Made by a program: the position numbers and the translations under genes. The notes beneath the pieces were generated by a model. That model was given only the letters and a program-made list of their open reading frames with translations. It did no database searches and was not told the DNA's origin. Shown here piece after piece: positions 31,704-40,788 of a DNA stretch of 64,000 nt (position 1 is the stretch's first letter; each line of letters begins with the position of its first letter). This DNA is from Bacteroidaceae bacterium. GTDB lineage: Bacteria; Bacteroidota; Bacteroidia; Bacteroidales; Bacteroidaceae. The stretch is from the NCBI GenBank assembly GCA_017526905.1, contig JAFXQT010000090.1, positions 6,927 through 70,926 of the forward strand. The letters are read 5' to 3'.

Positions 31704-33317
31704 TCACCTACCACCCAGGTGAAGGGTGAGGCTTTTTATGAACGACATAAACAGCGGATGCGGATGCAATACCGTTGAGGAGTATTCGGGGTGGAACTGC
31801 GTGCCGATGTACCAACTATGAGTAGGAATCTCCACAATCTCGACAAGACCCGTGCCGGGATTGATGCCCACGCACTTCATGCCCTTGGCCTCGTATTCTT
31901 CTTTATACCGGTTGTTGAACTCATAGCGGTGCCGATGACGCTCGCTGATCTTTGTCGCACCACCGTATGCCTCGCACGCACCACTTCCTTCCCTTAGCAG
32001 ACAATCGTATGCACCCAGTCGCATGGTGCCGCCCATCTGCGTGATGCTTTTCTGCTCTTCCATGAGGTCTATGACGCCGGCTGCGGTGTCGGGATTCATC
32101 TCCGTGCTGTTGGCATCTTTGTAGCCGAGGACGTTTCGCGCGAACTCTACCACCATCATCTGCATACCGAGGCAGATGCCGAACGTCGGGATGTCGTGGG
32201 TGCGAGTGTACTCGGCTGCGATAATCTTTCCCTCAATGCCGCGCTGCCCGAAGCCCGGGCAGATGACGATGCCTGCCATGCCCTCCAGCCTTGCCGCCAC
32301 GTTTCCACCGGTTATCTCTTCGCTGCTGATGAAGTGTAGCTTCACCTTTACATTATTATAAATGCCCGCCAGGTTCAGGCTCTCGCGGATGCTCTTGTAG
32401 GCATCTTGAAGGTCGTATTTCCCGACCAGACCTATATGTAACTCGCGGGTAGCACAACGCTGTTTTTCAAGGAAGTCGTGCCAAGGTGCCATGACGGGTG
32501 TCTCGCCGACGGGAATACCTGTCCCCCGCAGGATGGCGGCATCGAGGCCTTGGCGCTGCATGCTGACCGGCACCTCGTAGATGCTTGCCATGTCCTCGCT
32601 CTGCACCACACATTCCAGGTTGACATTGCAGAACGAAGCCACTTTCATGCGCAATGCGTCGTCGAGGTGGCGCTCGGTGCGCAGCACAAGGATGTCGGGC
32701 TGGATGCCCATGCCTTGCAGTTCCCCTACGGAATGTTGGGTGGGCTTCGTCTTCAGCTCATCGGCTGCCTTCAGGTAGGGAACGTATGTCAGGTGCACAC
32801 AAACGGCATTGCGCCCCAACTGCCATCGAAGCTGACGGATAGCTTCCATGAACGGCGCACTCTCTATGTCGCCGATGGTGCCGCCCACCTCTGTAATGAC
32901 GAAATCCAGCTCCTCTTCCGTTACATCTTCTCGCAGCATCCTTCGCTTTATCTCGTCCGTGATGTGTGGCACCACCTGGATGGTCTTGCCCAGGTAGTCG
33001 CCACGACGCTCACGGTCGATGACAGCCTTGTAGATTCGCCCCGTTGTAATACTGTTGTGGCGTGTGGTATTTATGCCCGTGAAGCGCTCGTAGTGGCCGA
33101 GATCCAAGTCCGTCTCCATGCCGTCGGCCGTGACGTAGCACTCGCCATGCTCATAGGGGTTCAGCGTTCCCGGGTCGATGTTGATGTAAGGGTCGAACTT
33201 CTGGATAGTGACCTTGTAGCCACGTGCCTGCAGCAGTTTGCCGATGCTCGCAGCTATGATGCCCTTTCCGAGCGAGGAAACCACGCCGCCTGTCACGAAG
33301 ATGTACTTTGTATTCAT
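31704..33317 (-). CDS. pyrG: CTP synthase
   Basis: MNTKYIFVTGGVVSSLGKG start, GATase block GICLGMQ, C-terminal ...HPEYSS. I chose the start at 33317. The ORF is open to 33350. Confidence 0.95.
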   Translation of the reverse strand: MNTKYIFVTGGVVSSLGKGIIAASIGKLLQARGYKVTIQKFDPYINIDPGTLNPYEHGECYVTADGMETDLDLGHYERFTGINTTRHNSITTGRIYKAVIDRERRGDYLGKTIQVVPHITDEIKRRMLREDVTEEELDFVITEVGGTIGDIESAPFMEAIRQLRWQLGRNAVCVHLTYVPYLKAADELKTKPTQHSVGELQGMGIQPDILVLRTERHLDDALRMKVASFCNVNLECVVQSEDMASIYEVPVSMQRQGLDAAILRGTGIPVGETPVMAPWHDFLEKQRCATRELHIGLVGKYDLQDAYKSIRESLNLAGIYNNVKVKLHFISSEEITGGNVAARLEGMAGIVICPGFGQRGIEGKIIAAEYTRTHDIPTFGICLGMQMMVVEFARNVLGYKDANSTEMNPDTAAGVIDLMEEQKSITQMGGTMRLGAYDCLLREGSGACEAYGGATKISERHRHRYEFNNRYKEEYEAKGMKCVGINPGTGLVEIVEIPTHSWYIGTQFHPEYSSTVLHPHPLFMSFIKSLTLHLGGR

Positions 33318-33401
33318 AACTATTTTCTTTGCTTGATGATGATGCAGCAATTACACCATCATGATGCAGCAATTGCTTTATCATGATGGTGCAATCGATA
33401 A

Positions 33402-34091
33402 TCATAGGGAGAACGAGGCGCCAAACAGGAGATAGAGCTTCTCAGACCTGGGGTTGGCGGTCAATCCGACGAATAGAGGAAGGTGATACCTCTCTTTGAT
33501 GACGAAGTCCTTGGTGGCACGCAGACTCACGTTGGTTATGCAGAAGCTGTTGGCGTCATAGAGTGTCGTGGCATAGGGCACGGCACCGAGCGTGGCCGTC
33601 CAGTCGAGGTTTCCCAGACGGAAAGGCGCCGACAGCTCCAAGTAGCTGCTGTAGGCACGTTTGCCATCTTTGTTTACGCCGTCATCTCCTGCGAAATTGG
33701 TGTACCACTGCACATTAAGGAAGCCGAAGTCATACCCTAAGTTGGCCTCCCATACGTGCGTAGTCTGATGCGCTTTATACTTGAAATAGCTGCCGTTGGA
33801 AAACCAATAGTCAGTAACGCCAACATTAAAACCCTCATAGGTATAGCCAAGCGTCAGGTCCAGTTCCTTGGTATCTTGGGGATCTGTGATTCCGACACTG
33901 CCCCAGGCAGCAAGGCTGAGTCCTTGCCAGCCGATACCCAACGAGGGCTGAAGGTTCGCGTCGCCTAAGTCCTGACCGCGCCAGATGTATTGATTGACAA
34001 GCCCGGCGCCAAGACTTACCTTCAACGTATCTTGAGCTTCTGCTGTAGCCATGCCAACTACACACAGGATAATGAATAGTATCTTTTTCAT
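33402..34091 (-). CDS. small outer-membrane beta-barrel (porin-like) protein
   Basis: 229 aa with a signal peptide (MKKILFIILCVVGMATAEAQ). Alternating-hydrophobic strands rich in Y/W/G, with C-terminal ...LLFGASFSL. It resembles TorF/Gcw-type small porins. It sits directly downstream of amtB. Confidence 0.55.
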   Translation of the reverse strand: MKKILFIILCVVGMATAEAQDTLKVSLGAGLVNQYIWRGQDLGDANLQPSLGIGWQGLSLAAWGSVGITDPQDTKELDLTLGYTYEGFNVGVTDYWFSNGSYFKYKAHQTTHVWEANLGYDFGFLNVQWYTNFAGDDGVNKDGKRAYSSYLELSAPFRLGNLDWTATLGAVPYATTLYDANSFCITNVSLRATKDFVIKERYHLPLFVGLTANPRSEKLYLLFGASFSL

Positions 34092-34126
34092 TGTTTCTTT
34101 ATGCTTTATATGATTTGGTTGATGGT

Positions 34127-35380
34127 TCAGTTATAACATGTTTCTCCGTGTTCATACACATCCAGTCCTTCGTCCTCAATGCGGGCATCCACGCGCAGGC
34201 CATGCAGCTTCTTGATGCCATAGAACAGGGCAATACCGCAGACGGCAGCCCACAGGTCGATGACAACGATGCCGAAGCACTGAGCGCCGAAGAAGCCCCA
34301 ACCACCGCCGTACAGAGCACCGTTGGAGGTCGATAGCAGACCAGTCAGCAACGTACCGAGGACGCCACAGACGCCATGCACCGAAGAGGCGCCCACTGGA
34401 TCGTCGATGTGCAGCACGTGGTCGATGAACTCAATGGAAAAGACCAGCACAAGGCCGCAGATGAGGCCGATGACCACTGCTCCAACGGGAGAGACGAGGT
34501 CGCAACCCGCCGTGATGCCCACGAGGCCAGCCAGCACGCCGTTGAGCATCAGCGAGAACGAAGGCTTACCGTACTTCCACCATGTGAGGAACATCGTGGC
34601 CACGCCGCCCGCTGCGGCAGCCAAGTTGGTGGTCAGCAGCACATGGCTGATGGCCGTGCGGTTCACCTCGCCCGAGGCGGCCAGCTGTGATCCGGGGTTG
34701 AAACCGAACCATCCCATCCACAGGATGAACACGCCCAGGGCAGCCAGCGTCAGCGAGTGACCGGGGATGGCCCGACTGCTGCCGTCCTTGGCGTACTTGC
34801 CGCGGCGAGGTCCCAACGCAAGCGCGCCGATCAGCGCCAGTGCGCCACCCACGCTATGCACGATGGCCGAACCTGCGAAGTCGTGGAATACGTCGCCGAA
34901 GGTCTGCATCATGAAACTGTCTGCAGTGGCATCCGAGAGCCAGCCGCCGCCCCAAGTCCAGTGTCCCTCAACGGGATAGATGAGCAACGTGATGACGGCA
35001 CTATAGATGACGTACATCGAGAACTTGGTGCGCTCGGCCATGGCACCGCTGACGATGGTGGCTGAGGTGGCGCAGAAAACCGTCTCGAACATTAGGAAAC
35101 CCTCCACAGGCAACTCGCCCTTGTAGAACGAGAGGTCGCCCCAGTTGGGTGCACCGATGAAGCCGGCTCCTTCAGAACCGAACATGAAACCGAAGCCCAC
35201 GAACCAGAACAGCAGCGAGCCGAACATAAAATCGACGAAGTTCTTGAACAAGATGTTGGCGGTGTTCTTACCGCGCGTGAAACCGGCCTCACACAGAGCA
35301 AACCCCGGCTGCATCCAGAAAACGAGCATGGCTGCAAGCAGCATCCATACGGTATCGAGCGATAGTGCAATGTCGTTCAT
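34127..35380 (-). CDS. amtB: ammonium transporter
   Basis: 417 aa, ~11 TM. Amt signature regions: FGFNPGS, AIVHSVGGALAL, VHGVCGVLGTLLTG. Confidence 0.93.
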   Translation of the reverse strand: MNDIALSLDTVWMLLAAMLVFWMQPGFALCEAGFTRGKNTANILFKNFVDFMFGSLLFWFVGFGFMFGSEGAGFIGAPNWGDLSFYKGELPVEGFLMFETVFCATSATIVSGAMAERTKFSMYVIYSAVITLLIYPVEGHWTWGGGWLSDATADSFMMQTFGDVFHDFAGSAIVHSVGGALALIGALALGPRRGKYAKDGSSRAIPGHSLTLAALGVFILWMGWFGFNPGSQLAASGEVNRTAISHVLLTTNLAAAAGGVATMFLTWWKYGKPSFSLMLNGVLAGLVGITAGCDLVSPVGAVVIGLICGLVLVFSIEFIDHVLHIDDPVGASSVHGVCGVLGTLLTGLLSTSNGALYGGGWGFFGAQCFGIVVIDLWAAVCGIALFYGIKKLHGLRVDARIEDEGLDVYEHGETCYN

Positions 35381-35443
35381 AATATAATAATGTGTTGTGT
35401 GTTGATGTGTGTTGTTGTTTCTTGTATTATCCTGAGTATTTGT

Positions 35444-35791
35444 TTACTTCTTGTCACGCAGCACCGTATCGCCATGCTCACCTGTGCGGATGCTCCATGT
35501 GTCAATCATTTCGCTGACGAAGATGCGTCCGTCGCCGACCTCACCCGTATGAGCTGTTTCGATAATGACATTCACGGTAGGCTCAACGAACTGGTCACGG
35601 CAGACAATGGCGATGGCCACGCGCTCAATGACATCCGTCGAATACTGCACGCCACGATAGATTCGTTCCTGACGGCTTTGGCCGATTCCGTGTACGTCAT
35701 GATATTCAAACCAGTCGATGTCCGAACTGAGGAGCGCTTCTTTGACCTCCTCAAACTTTGTTTTCCTGATAATTGCTTCAATCTTCTTCAT
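35444..35791 (-). CDS. glnK: P-II nitrogen regulatory protein
   Basis: 115 aa. MKKIEAIIRKTKFEEVKEAL start, T-loop region YRGVQY, C-terminal GDGRIFVSEM block. It lies immediately upstream of amtB, the classical glnK-amtB pairing. Confidence 0.9.
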   Translation of the reverse strand: MKKIEAIIRKTKFEEVKEALLSSDIDWFEYHDVHGIGQSRQERIYRGVQYSTDVIERVAIAIVCRDQFVEPTVNVIIETAHTGEVGDGRIFVSEMIDTWSIRTGEHGDTVLRDKK

Positions 35792-35845
35792 CTTTTTAAA
35801 GAATAAACGTTAGCGTCCTATTATCACATTGCAATGTTTCGGCGG

Positions 35846-35853
35846 CAAAGATA
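35846..35853 (-). promoter_or_regulatory. Bacteroidota -7 promoter box (TAnnTTTG)
   Basis: Minus strand reads TATCTTTG, ~55 nt upstream of the glnK ATG. Confidence 0.6.
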
Positions 35854-36053
35854 CGTCATTTTGTAAACATAGCGAAAAGAGCAGGCTTAGTTTCTTAGTT
35901 GCAATAACGCGCAAGTTATAGATTGTTACCATATACACAATTATCAATTACAAATTAAAAAGAAATACAGATTGTAACAAACAATATGTAACAAGCAACA
36001 AAATAAATACACTTAAATAGGGCCCCTTCCATTGCCAGAAAAACGAAAGTTTG

Positions 36054-36061
36054 TACCTTTG
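36054..36061 (+). promoter_or_regulatory. Bacteroidota -7 promoter box (TAnnTTTG)
   Basis: TACCTTTG, 46 nt upstream of the gltB ATG at 36107. Confidence 0.6.
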
Positions 36062-36106
36062 CAGCGATTTACAAAAAGAAAGCACAAACTTTGTTTTATA
36101 AGCAAA

Positions 36107-39100
36107 ATGATAAAGGATAACGGACTATACAGACACGACATGGAGCACGACGCCTGCGGCGTAGGAATGGTCGTAAATATCCATGGTGGCAAGAGCCACG
36201 AACTGGTGGATCAGGCGCTGCGGGTGCTGGAGCACATGCAGCACCGCGGTGCCGAGGGCGCCGACAACAAGACGGGCGACGGTGCCGGCATCATGATTCA
36301 GATACCCCATGAGTTCATACTCCTGCAGGGCATCCCTGTTCCCGAGAAAGGACATTATGGCACGGGGCTGGTCTTTCTGCCTAAGGACGAAAGGGCACAA
36401 GACGCTCTGCTTGCAATCATCAGCGAAGAGACGGAACGCGAAGGGCTGAAGCTCGCCCATGTGCGCACCGTTCCGACAAATCCCGACTGTCTCGGCACCA
36501 CCGCCCTCAGCAGCGAACCTTCCATCAAGCAGCTGTTCATAACAGGAGAGAGCGACGAACCGACCGACAGCCTCGCGCGTACATTATATATTATACGCAA
36601 GCACGTGGAGCGACGTGTTCGCGAACTCGCAACACAGAGTCCCGCCTACGACGCATTCTACATCTGCTCGCTGAGCAACACAAACATCATCTATAAAGGC
36701 ATGCTGACCAGCATACAGCTGCGACAGTATTTCACGGACCTGCAAAGTCCTTATCTGACAAGCGGACTGGCGCTGGTGCACTCACGTTTCAGCACAAACA
36801 CCTTCCCCACGTGGGCACTGGCCCAGCCCTTCCGTCTGTTGGCACACAACGGCGAAATCAACACCATCCGCGGCAACCGCCTCTGGATGCAGGCGCGAGA
36901 GAGTGTGCTGCACTCCACGGTCTTGGGCGAGGCGTCGGACATAGCACCCATCATCGAACCGGACATGAGCGATTCGGCCTCGCTGGACAATGTGCTGGAA
37001 TACCTCGTCATGGCCGGCCTATCGCTACCGCACGCCATGAGCGTGCTCGTGCCGGAGTCGTTCAACGACAAGAACCCCATCAGCCCTGAGCTGAAGGCCT
37101 TCTATGAATACCACTCCATTCTGATGGAGCCGTGGGACGGTCCGGCGGCCCTGCTTTTCTCCGACGGACGTTACGCCGGCGGTATGCTCGACCGCAACGG
37201 CCTGCGCCCGGCACGCTACGCCATCACAAAGAACGGCATGATGATCGTGGCATCGGAGGTTGGCGTGATAGATTTCGATCCTGGCAAGATAGCCGAGAAA
37301 GGGCGCCTGCAACCAGGCAAGATACTGCTCATCGACACCCAAGAGGGCCGTATCTACTACGACGGCGAGGTGAAGCGACAGCTGGCGGCTGCGCACCCCT
37401 ACGGGCAGTGGCTCTCAACCAACCGCGTCCAGCTGGAAAAGCTGAAGAGCGGCCGTAAGGTGGAAAACGGGCTCCCCGACTTGCAACAGAAGGAGGCGCT
37501 CTTCGGCTACGGTGCCGAAGACATAGACGCCACCATCATACCCATGGCGACGAAGGGCCAGGAGCCCACGGCATCGATGGGCAACGACACGCCGCTGGCT
37601 GTACTGAGCGAGCGCCCGCAGGTGTTCTTCAACTATTTCCGCCAGCAGTTTGCGCAGGTGACAAACCCGGCCATTGACTCCATTCGCGAGGAACTTGTGA
37701 TGAGCCTCACGGAATATATCGGGCGCGTAGGAACGGGCATATTGAGCCCCGACGAGACGAACTGTAAGATGGTGCGTCTGCCCCACCCCATCCTGACCGG
37801 CACGCAGCTGGACATGCTATGCAACATCGGCTACAAGGGGTTCAAGACAATTAAGTTGACATTAGCCCACCCCCAGCCCCTCCCCAAGGGAGGGGAGACT
37901 GATTGGTCTCTGGCTGGTGAAAACCTTAGGATAGCATTGGACAAACTCTGCAAGGATGCAGAACAGGCAGTGGATGATGGTTATAATTACATTATTCTGA
38001 CGGACAAGGAATGCCCCTCCGCCGGGGAGGGGATGAGATGGGCTTACATCCCCTCGCTCCTGGCCGTCTCGGCCGTCCACCACTATCTCATCCGCGCCGG
38101 CAAGCGTGTGCAGACGGCGCTCATCGTAGAGTCCGGCGAGATCCGCGAGACGATGCACGCTGCCCTGCTGCTGGGCTACGGAGCCTCGGCCCTGTGCCCC
38201 TATATGGTTTACGCCATTCTCGACGACCTGGTCAGGCGCGGAAAGATTCAGGAGGACTACGCCAACGCCGAGGCCAACTACATCAAGGCTGTGAAAAAAG
38301 GACTGTTCAAGATCATGGCCAAGATGGGCATCTCGACCATCCGCAGCTATCGCGGTGCCAAGATCTTCGAGGCTGTAGGCCTGAGCGAAGAGGTGCTGAG
38401 AACCTACTTCGGCACGGAAGTGAGCACGATTGGTGGTGCCGGCCTCGAGAAGATTGCCAGCGATGCCATCCGCAGGAAGGAAGGGAATGAAGCGCTAAAG
38501 GACAACGGCCAGTTCCACTGGCGGCGCGATGGCATCCGGCATGCCTGGAACCCCGAGACGATAGCACGCCTGCAGCTGGCCTGCCGCACAGGGTCGTACG
38601 AGAAGTTCAAGGAGTGGGCGCGGCTGGTCGACGAGAAGCAGCAGCCCATCTTCCTCCGCGACTTGTTGGCTCCTGCTACGACAGAAACGGGAAAGGCAGG
38701 TGCCATCCCCCTTGACGAGGTCGAACCAGAGGAGGAAATCATGAAGCACTTCGTGGCTGGCGCCATGAGCTTCGGTGCCCTGAGCAAAGAGGCCCACGAG
38801 GCCATATGCCTGGCTATGAACAAGATCGGCGGACGTTCCAACACCGGCGAGGGCGGTGAGGATCCGTCACGCTTCCACGCCACCATCGACGGCATCAGCC
38901 TCAACAGCAAGACGAAGCAAGTGGCCAGCGGGCGCTTCGGCGTCACGACGGAATATCTCGCTAACGCCGAGGAGATACAGATCAAGGTGGCCCAGGGCGC
39001 CAAGCCTGGCGAAGGCGGTCAGCTGCCGGGCTTCAAGGTGAATGAGGTCATTGCCCGCACGCGCCACAGCATACCCGGCATATCGCTCATCTCGCCACCG

Positions 39101-40669
39101 CCCCATCACGATGTCTACTCCATCGAGGACCTGGCACAGCTCATCTTCGACCTCAAGAGCGTGAATCCCAGAGCAGCTGTCAGCGTGAAGCTGGTGGCCG
39201 AGAGCGGCGTGGGCACGATTGCAGCCGGTGTGGCCAAGGCCAAGGCCGACCTCATCGTCATCAGCGGCGCCGAGGGCGGCACGGGTGCATCACCAGCCAG
39301 CTCAATGCGCTTTGCGGGCATCTCGCCCGAGATAGGTCTGTCGGAATCGCAGCAGACGCTGGTGCGCAACGGGTTGCGTGGCGGTGTTCGTCTGCAAGTC
39401 GACGGCCAGCTGAAGACGGCACGCGACGTGGTGCTCATGGCACTGCTGGGGGCTGACGAGTTTGCTTTCGGCACGGCGGTGCTCATCGTGCTGGGCTGCG
39501 TGATGATGCGCAAGTGCAACCTCAACACCTGCCCGATGGGCGTAGCCACACAGGATGCCGAGCTCCGCCGCCATTTCATCGGGCGCTACGAACACCTCGT
39601 CAACTATTTCACTTTCCTCGCCCGCGAGGTGCGCGAGTATCTGGCTGCCATAGGCGCCCACTCGCTCAGCGAGATCGTAGGGCGCACCGACCTTATCGAG
39701 CTCAGGGCCAAGGGGGACGCTGACGGCGAGCTGTGCTGCACCGTCGCAGATGGCGTCACGCTCAACTTCAGCCGTCTGCTTCATCAAGAAACGGGCGAGC
39801 TCCACTTCACCGCCGACGCCCGTCAGCCTCAGGCGCCGTTGGGCAAACAGTCCGACAGCCTTGACGAGCGCATCATGGAGGATCGCAAAGCCTCATCAGT
39901 ACTCGCCTACACGATTCACAATACCGACCGTGCCGTAGGCGCCCGTCTCGCGGGTTCGATAGCCGAAGTGTGTGGCTTGGCCGGTCTTCCCGAAGGCCCC
40001 GTCAGTGTCAGCTTCAAGGGCTCTGCCGGCCAGTCGTTCGGTGCCTTCCTCGTGCGCGGCATCAGTTTCTGGCTCGAAGGCGAGACAAACGACTATTTCG
40101 CCAAGGGACTGTCGGGCGGACGCATAGCCATTCTGCCTCCGGCCGGGGCGACCTTTGCCGCCGAGGACAACGTCATAGCCGGCAACACAGGGCTCTACGG
40201 CGCCACGAGTGGCGAGCTCTACGTGAACGGCCGCGTGGGCGAACGCTTCGGCGTGCGAAACAGCGGGGCCACGGCCATCATCGAAGGCGCCGGCGACCAC
40301 TGCTGCGAATATATGACGGGCGGACGCGTCGTCGTGCTCGGCCCCACGGGGCGCAACTTCGCAGCGGGCATGAGCGGCGGTTTGGCCTACGTCTATGACC
40401 CATCCCACACCTTCGACTACTTCTGCAATATGGACATGGTGGAACTCTCGCTCGTCGAGGACAGCGCAAGCCGCAAGGAGCTGCTGGAGCTCATCCGCCA
40501 GCACTACCTGCACACCGGCTCCGCCCTTGCCGGACGGATGCTCGACGACTGGAGCGCCTACGTCAAAGATTTTATCCAAGTGACGCCCATCGAGTACAAA
40601 CGCGTGCTCGAAGAGGAAAAGATGCTACGGCTGAAACAGAAGATTGCCGACGTGCAAGGAGAATACTGA
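36107..40669 (+). CDS. gltB: glutamate synthase large subunit
   Basis: ~1520 aa. Ntn start (HDACGVGMV), FMN/central domains and the GXGXG C-terminal domain (GNTGLYGATSGELYVNGRVGERFGVRNSGA). I chose the start at 36107 (MIKDNG). The ORF is open to 36032. A TACCTTTG box lies at 36054-36061. Confidence 0.95.
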   Translation: MIKDNGLYRHDMEHDACGVGMVVNIHGGKSHELVDQALRVLEHMQHRGAEGADNKTGDGAGIMIQIPHEFILLQGIPVPEKGHYGTGLVFLPKDERAQDALLAIISEETEREGLKLAHVRTVPTNPDCLGTTALSSEPSIKQLFITGESDEPTDSLARTLYIIRKHVERRVRELATQSPAYDAFYICSLSNTNIIYKGMLTSIQLRQYFTDLQSPYLTSGLALVHSRFSTNTFPTWALAQPFRLLAHNGEINTIRGNRLWMQARESVLHSTVLGEASDIAPIIEPDMSDSASLDNVLEYLVMAGLSLPHAMSVLVPESFNDKNPISPELKAFYEYHSILMEPWDGPAALLFSDGRYAGGMLDRNGLRPARYAITKNGMMIVASEVGVIDFDPGKIAEKGRLQPGKILLIDTQEGRIYYDGEVKRQLAAAHPYGQWLSTNRVQLEKLKSGRKVENGLPDLQQKEALFGYGAEDIDATIIPMATKGQEPTASMGNDTPLAVLSERPQVFFNYFRQQFAQVTNPAIDSIREELVMSLTEYIGRVGTGILSPDETNCKMVRLPHPILTGTQLDMLCNIGYKGFKTIKLTLAHPQPLPKGGETDWSLAGENLRIALDKLCKDAEQAVDDGYNYIILTDKECPSAGEGMRWAYIPSLLAVSAVHHYLIRAGKRVQTALIVESGEIRETMHAALLLGYGASALCPYMVYAILDDLVRRGKIQEDYANAEANYIKAVKKGLFKIMAKMGISTIRSYRGAKIFEAVGLSEEVLRTYFGTEVSTIGGAGLEKIASDAIRRKEGNEALKDNGQFHWRRDGIRHAWNPETIARLQLACRTGSYEKFKEWARLVDEKQQPIFLRDLLAPATTETGKAGAIPLDEVEPEEEIMKHFVAGAMSFGALSKEAHEAICLAMNKIGGRSNTGEGGEDPSRFHATIDGISLNSKTKQVASGRFGVTTEYLANAEEIQIKVAQGAKPGEGGQLPGFKVNEVIARTRHSIPGISLISPPPHHDVYSIEDLAQLIFDLKSVNPRAAVSVKLVAESGVGTIAAGVAKAKADLIVISGAEGGTGASPASSMRFAGISPEIGLSESQQTLVRNGLRGGVRLQVDGQLKTARDVVLMALLGADEFAFGTAVLIVLGCVMMRKCNLNTCPMGVATQDAELRRHFIGRYEHLVNYFTFLAREVREYLAAIGAHSLSEIVGRTDLIELRAKGDADGELCCTVADGVTLNFSRLLHQETGELHFTADARQPQAPLGKQSDSLDERIMEDRKASSVLAYTIHNTDRAVGARLAGSIAEVCGLAGLPEGPVSVSFKGSAGQSFGAFLVRGISFWLEGETNDYFAKGLSGGRIAILPPAGATFAAEDNVIAGNTGLYGATSGELYVNGRVGERFGVRNSGATAIIEGAGDHCCEYMTGGRVVVLGPTGRNFAAGMSGGLAYVYDPSHTFDYFCNMDMVELSLVEDSASRKELLELIRQHYLHTGSALAGRMLDDWSAYVKDFIQVTPIEYKRVLEEEKMLRLKQKIADVQGEY
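37865..37897. repeat. solo type-b arm inside gltB
   Basis: GCCCACCCCCAGCCCCTCCCCAAGGGAGGGGAG, translated as AHPQPLPKGGE. Confidence 0.8.
38013..38043. repeat. solo type-b-like arm inside gltB
   Basis: GCCCCTCCGCCGGGGAGGGGATGAGATGGGC, translated as CPSAGEGMRWA. Confidence 0.7.
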
Positions 40670-40684
40670 CGGGATTATATTGCA

Positions 40685-40717
40685 GATAAACAGTAAATCA
40701 GTAAAGAGTAACTAAAC
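40685..40717. repeat. GTAAAYM heptamer array
   Basis: GATAAACAGTAAATCAGTAAAGAGTAACTAAAC, directly 5' of the gltD ATG. Confidence 0.75.
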
Positions 40718-40720
40718 GCG

Positions 40721-40788
40721 ATGGAAAAGAACTCAATATCTCAAATACATACCACTCCCTCCCTACAGGGAAGAGCGGGGGGAGGGGC
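40721..40788 (+). repeat. type-a arm with 5' ATG-containing module forming the gltD N-terminus
   Basis: ATGGAAAAGAACTCAATATCTCAAATACATACCACTCCCTCCCTACAGGGAAGAGCGGGGGGAGGGGC. It aligns over ~70 nt with the 5' ends of permease B1 and HlyD. Confidence 0.8.

Noticed and set aside
35920-35935. NtcA/CRP-like site (TGT-N8-ACA in TGTTACCATATACA) in the nitrogen control region.
   Set aside because: The spacing is GT-N8-AC, whereas NtcA and CRP sites have GT-N10-AC, and those regulators are not known in Bacteroidota. I kept it only as part of the generic repeated-motif observation.
36032-36106. N-terminal extensions of track ORFs: gltB from 36032, pyrG to 33350, carB to 63873, kinase to 51157, LRR protein from 50904, LuxR regulator to 49211, radical SAM to 60277.
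   Set aside because: The extensions overlap promoter boxes or upstream genes and lack family-conserved sequence. Internal ATGs give canonical N-termini (signal peptides, MKKQLKKVLVLGSG, MNTKYIFVTGG, ATGA stop/start overlaps).
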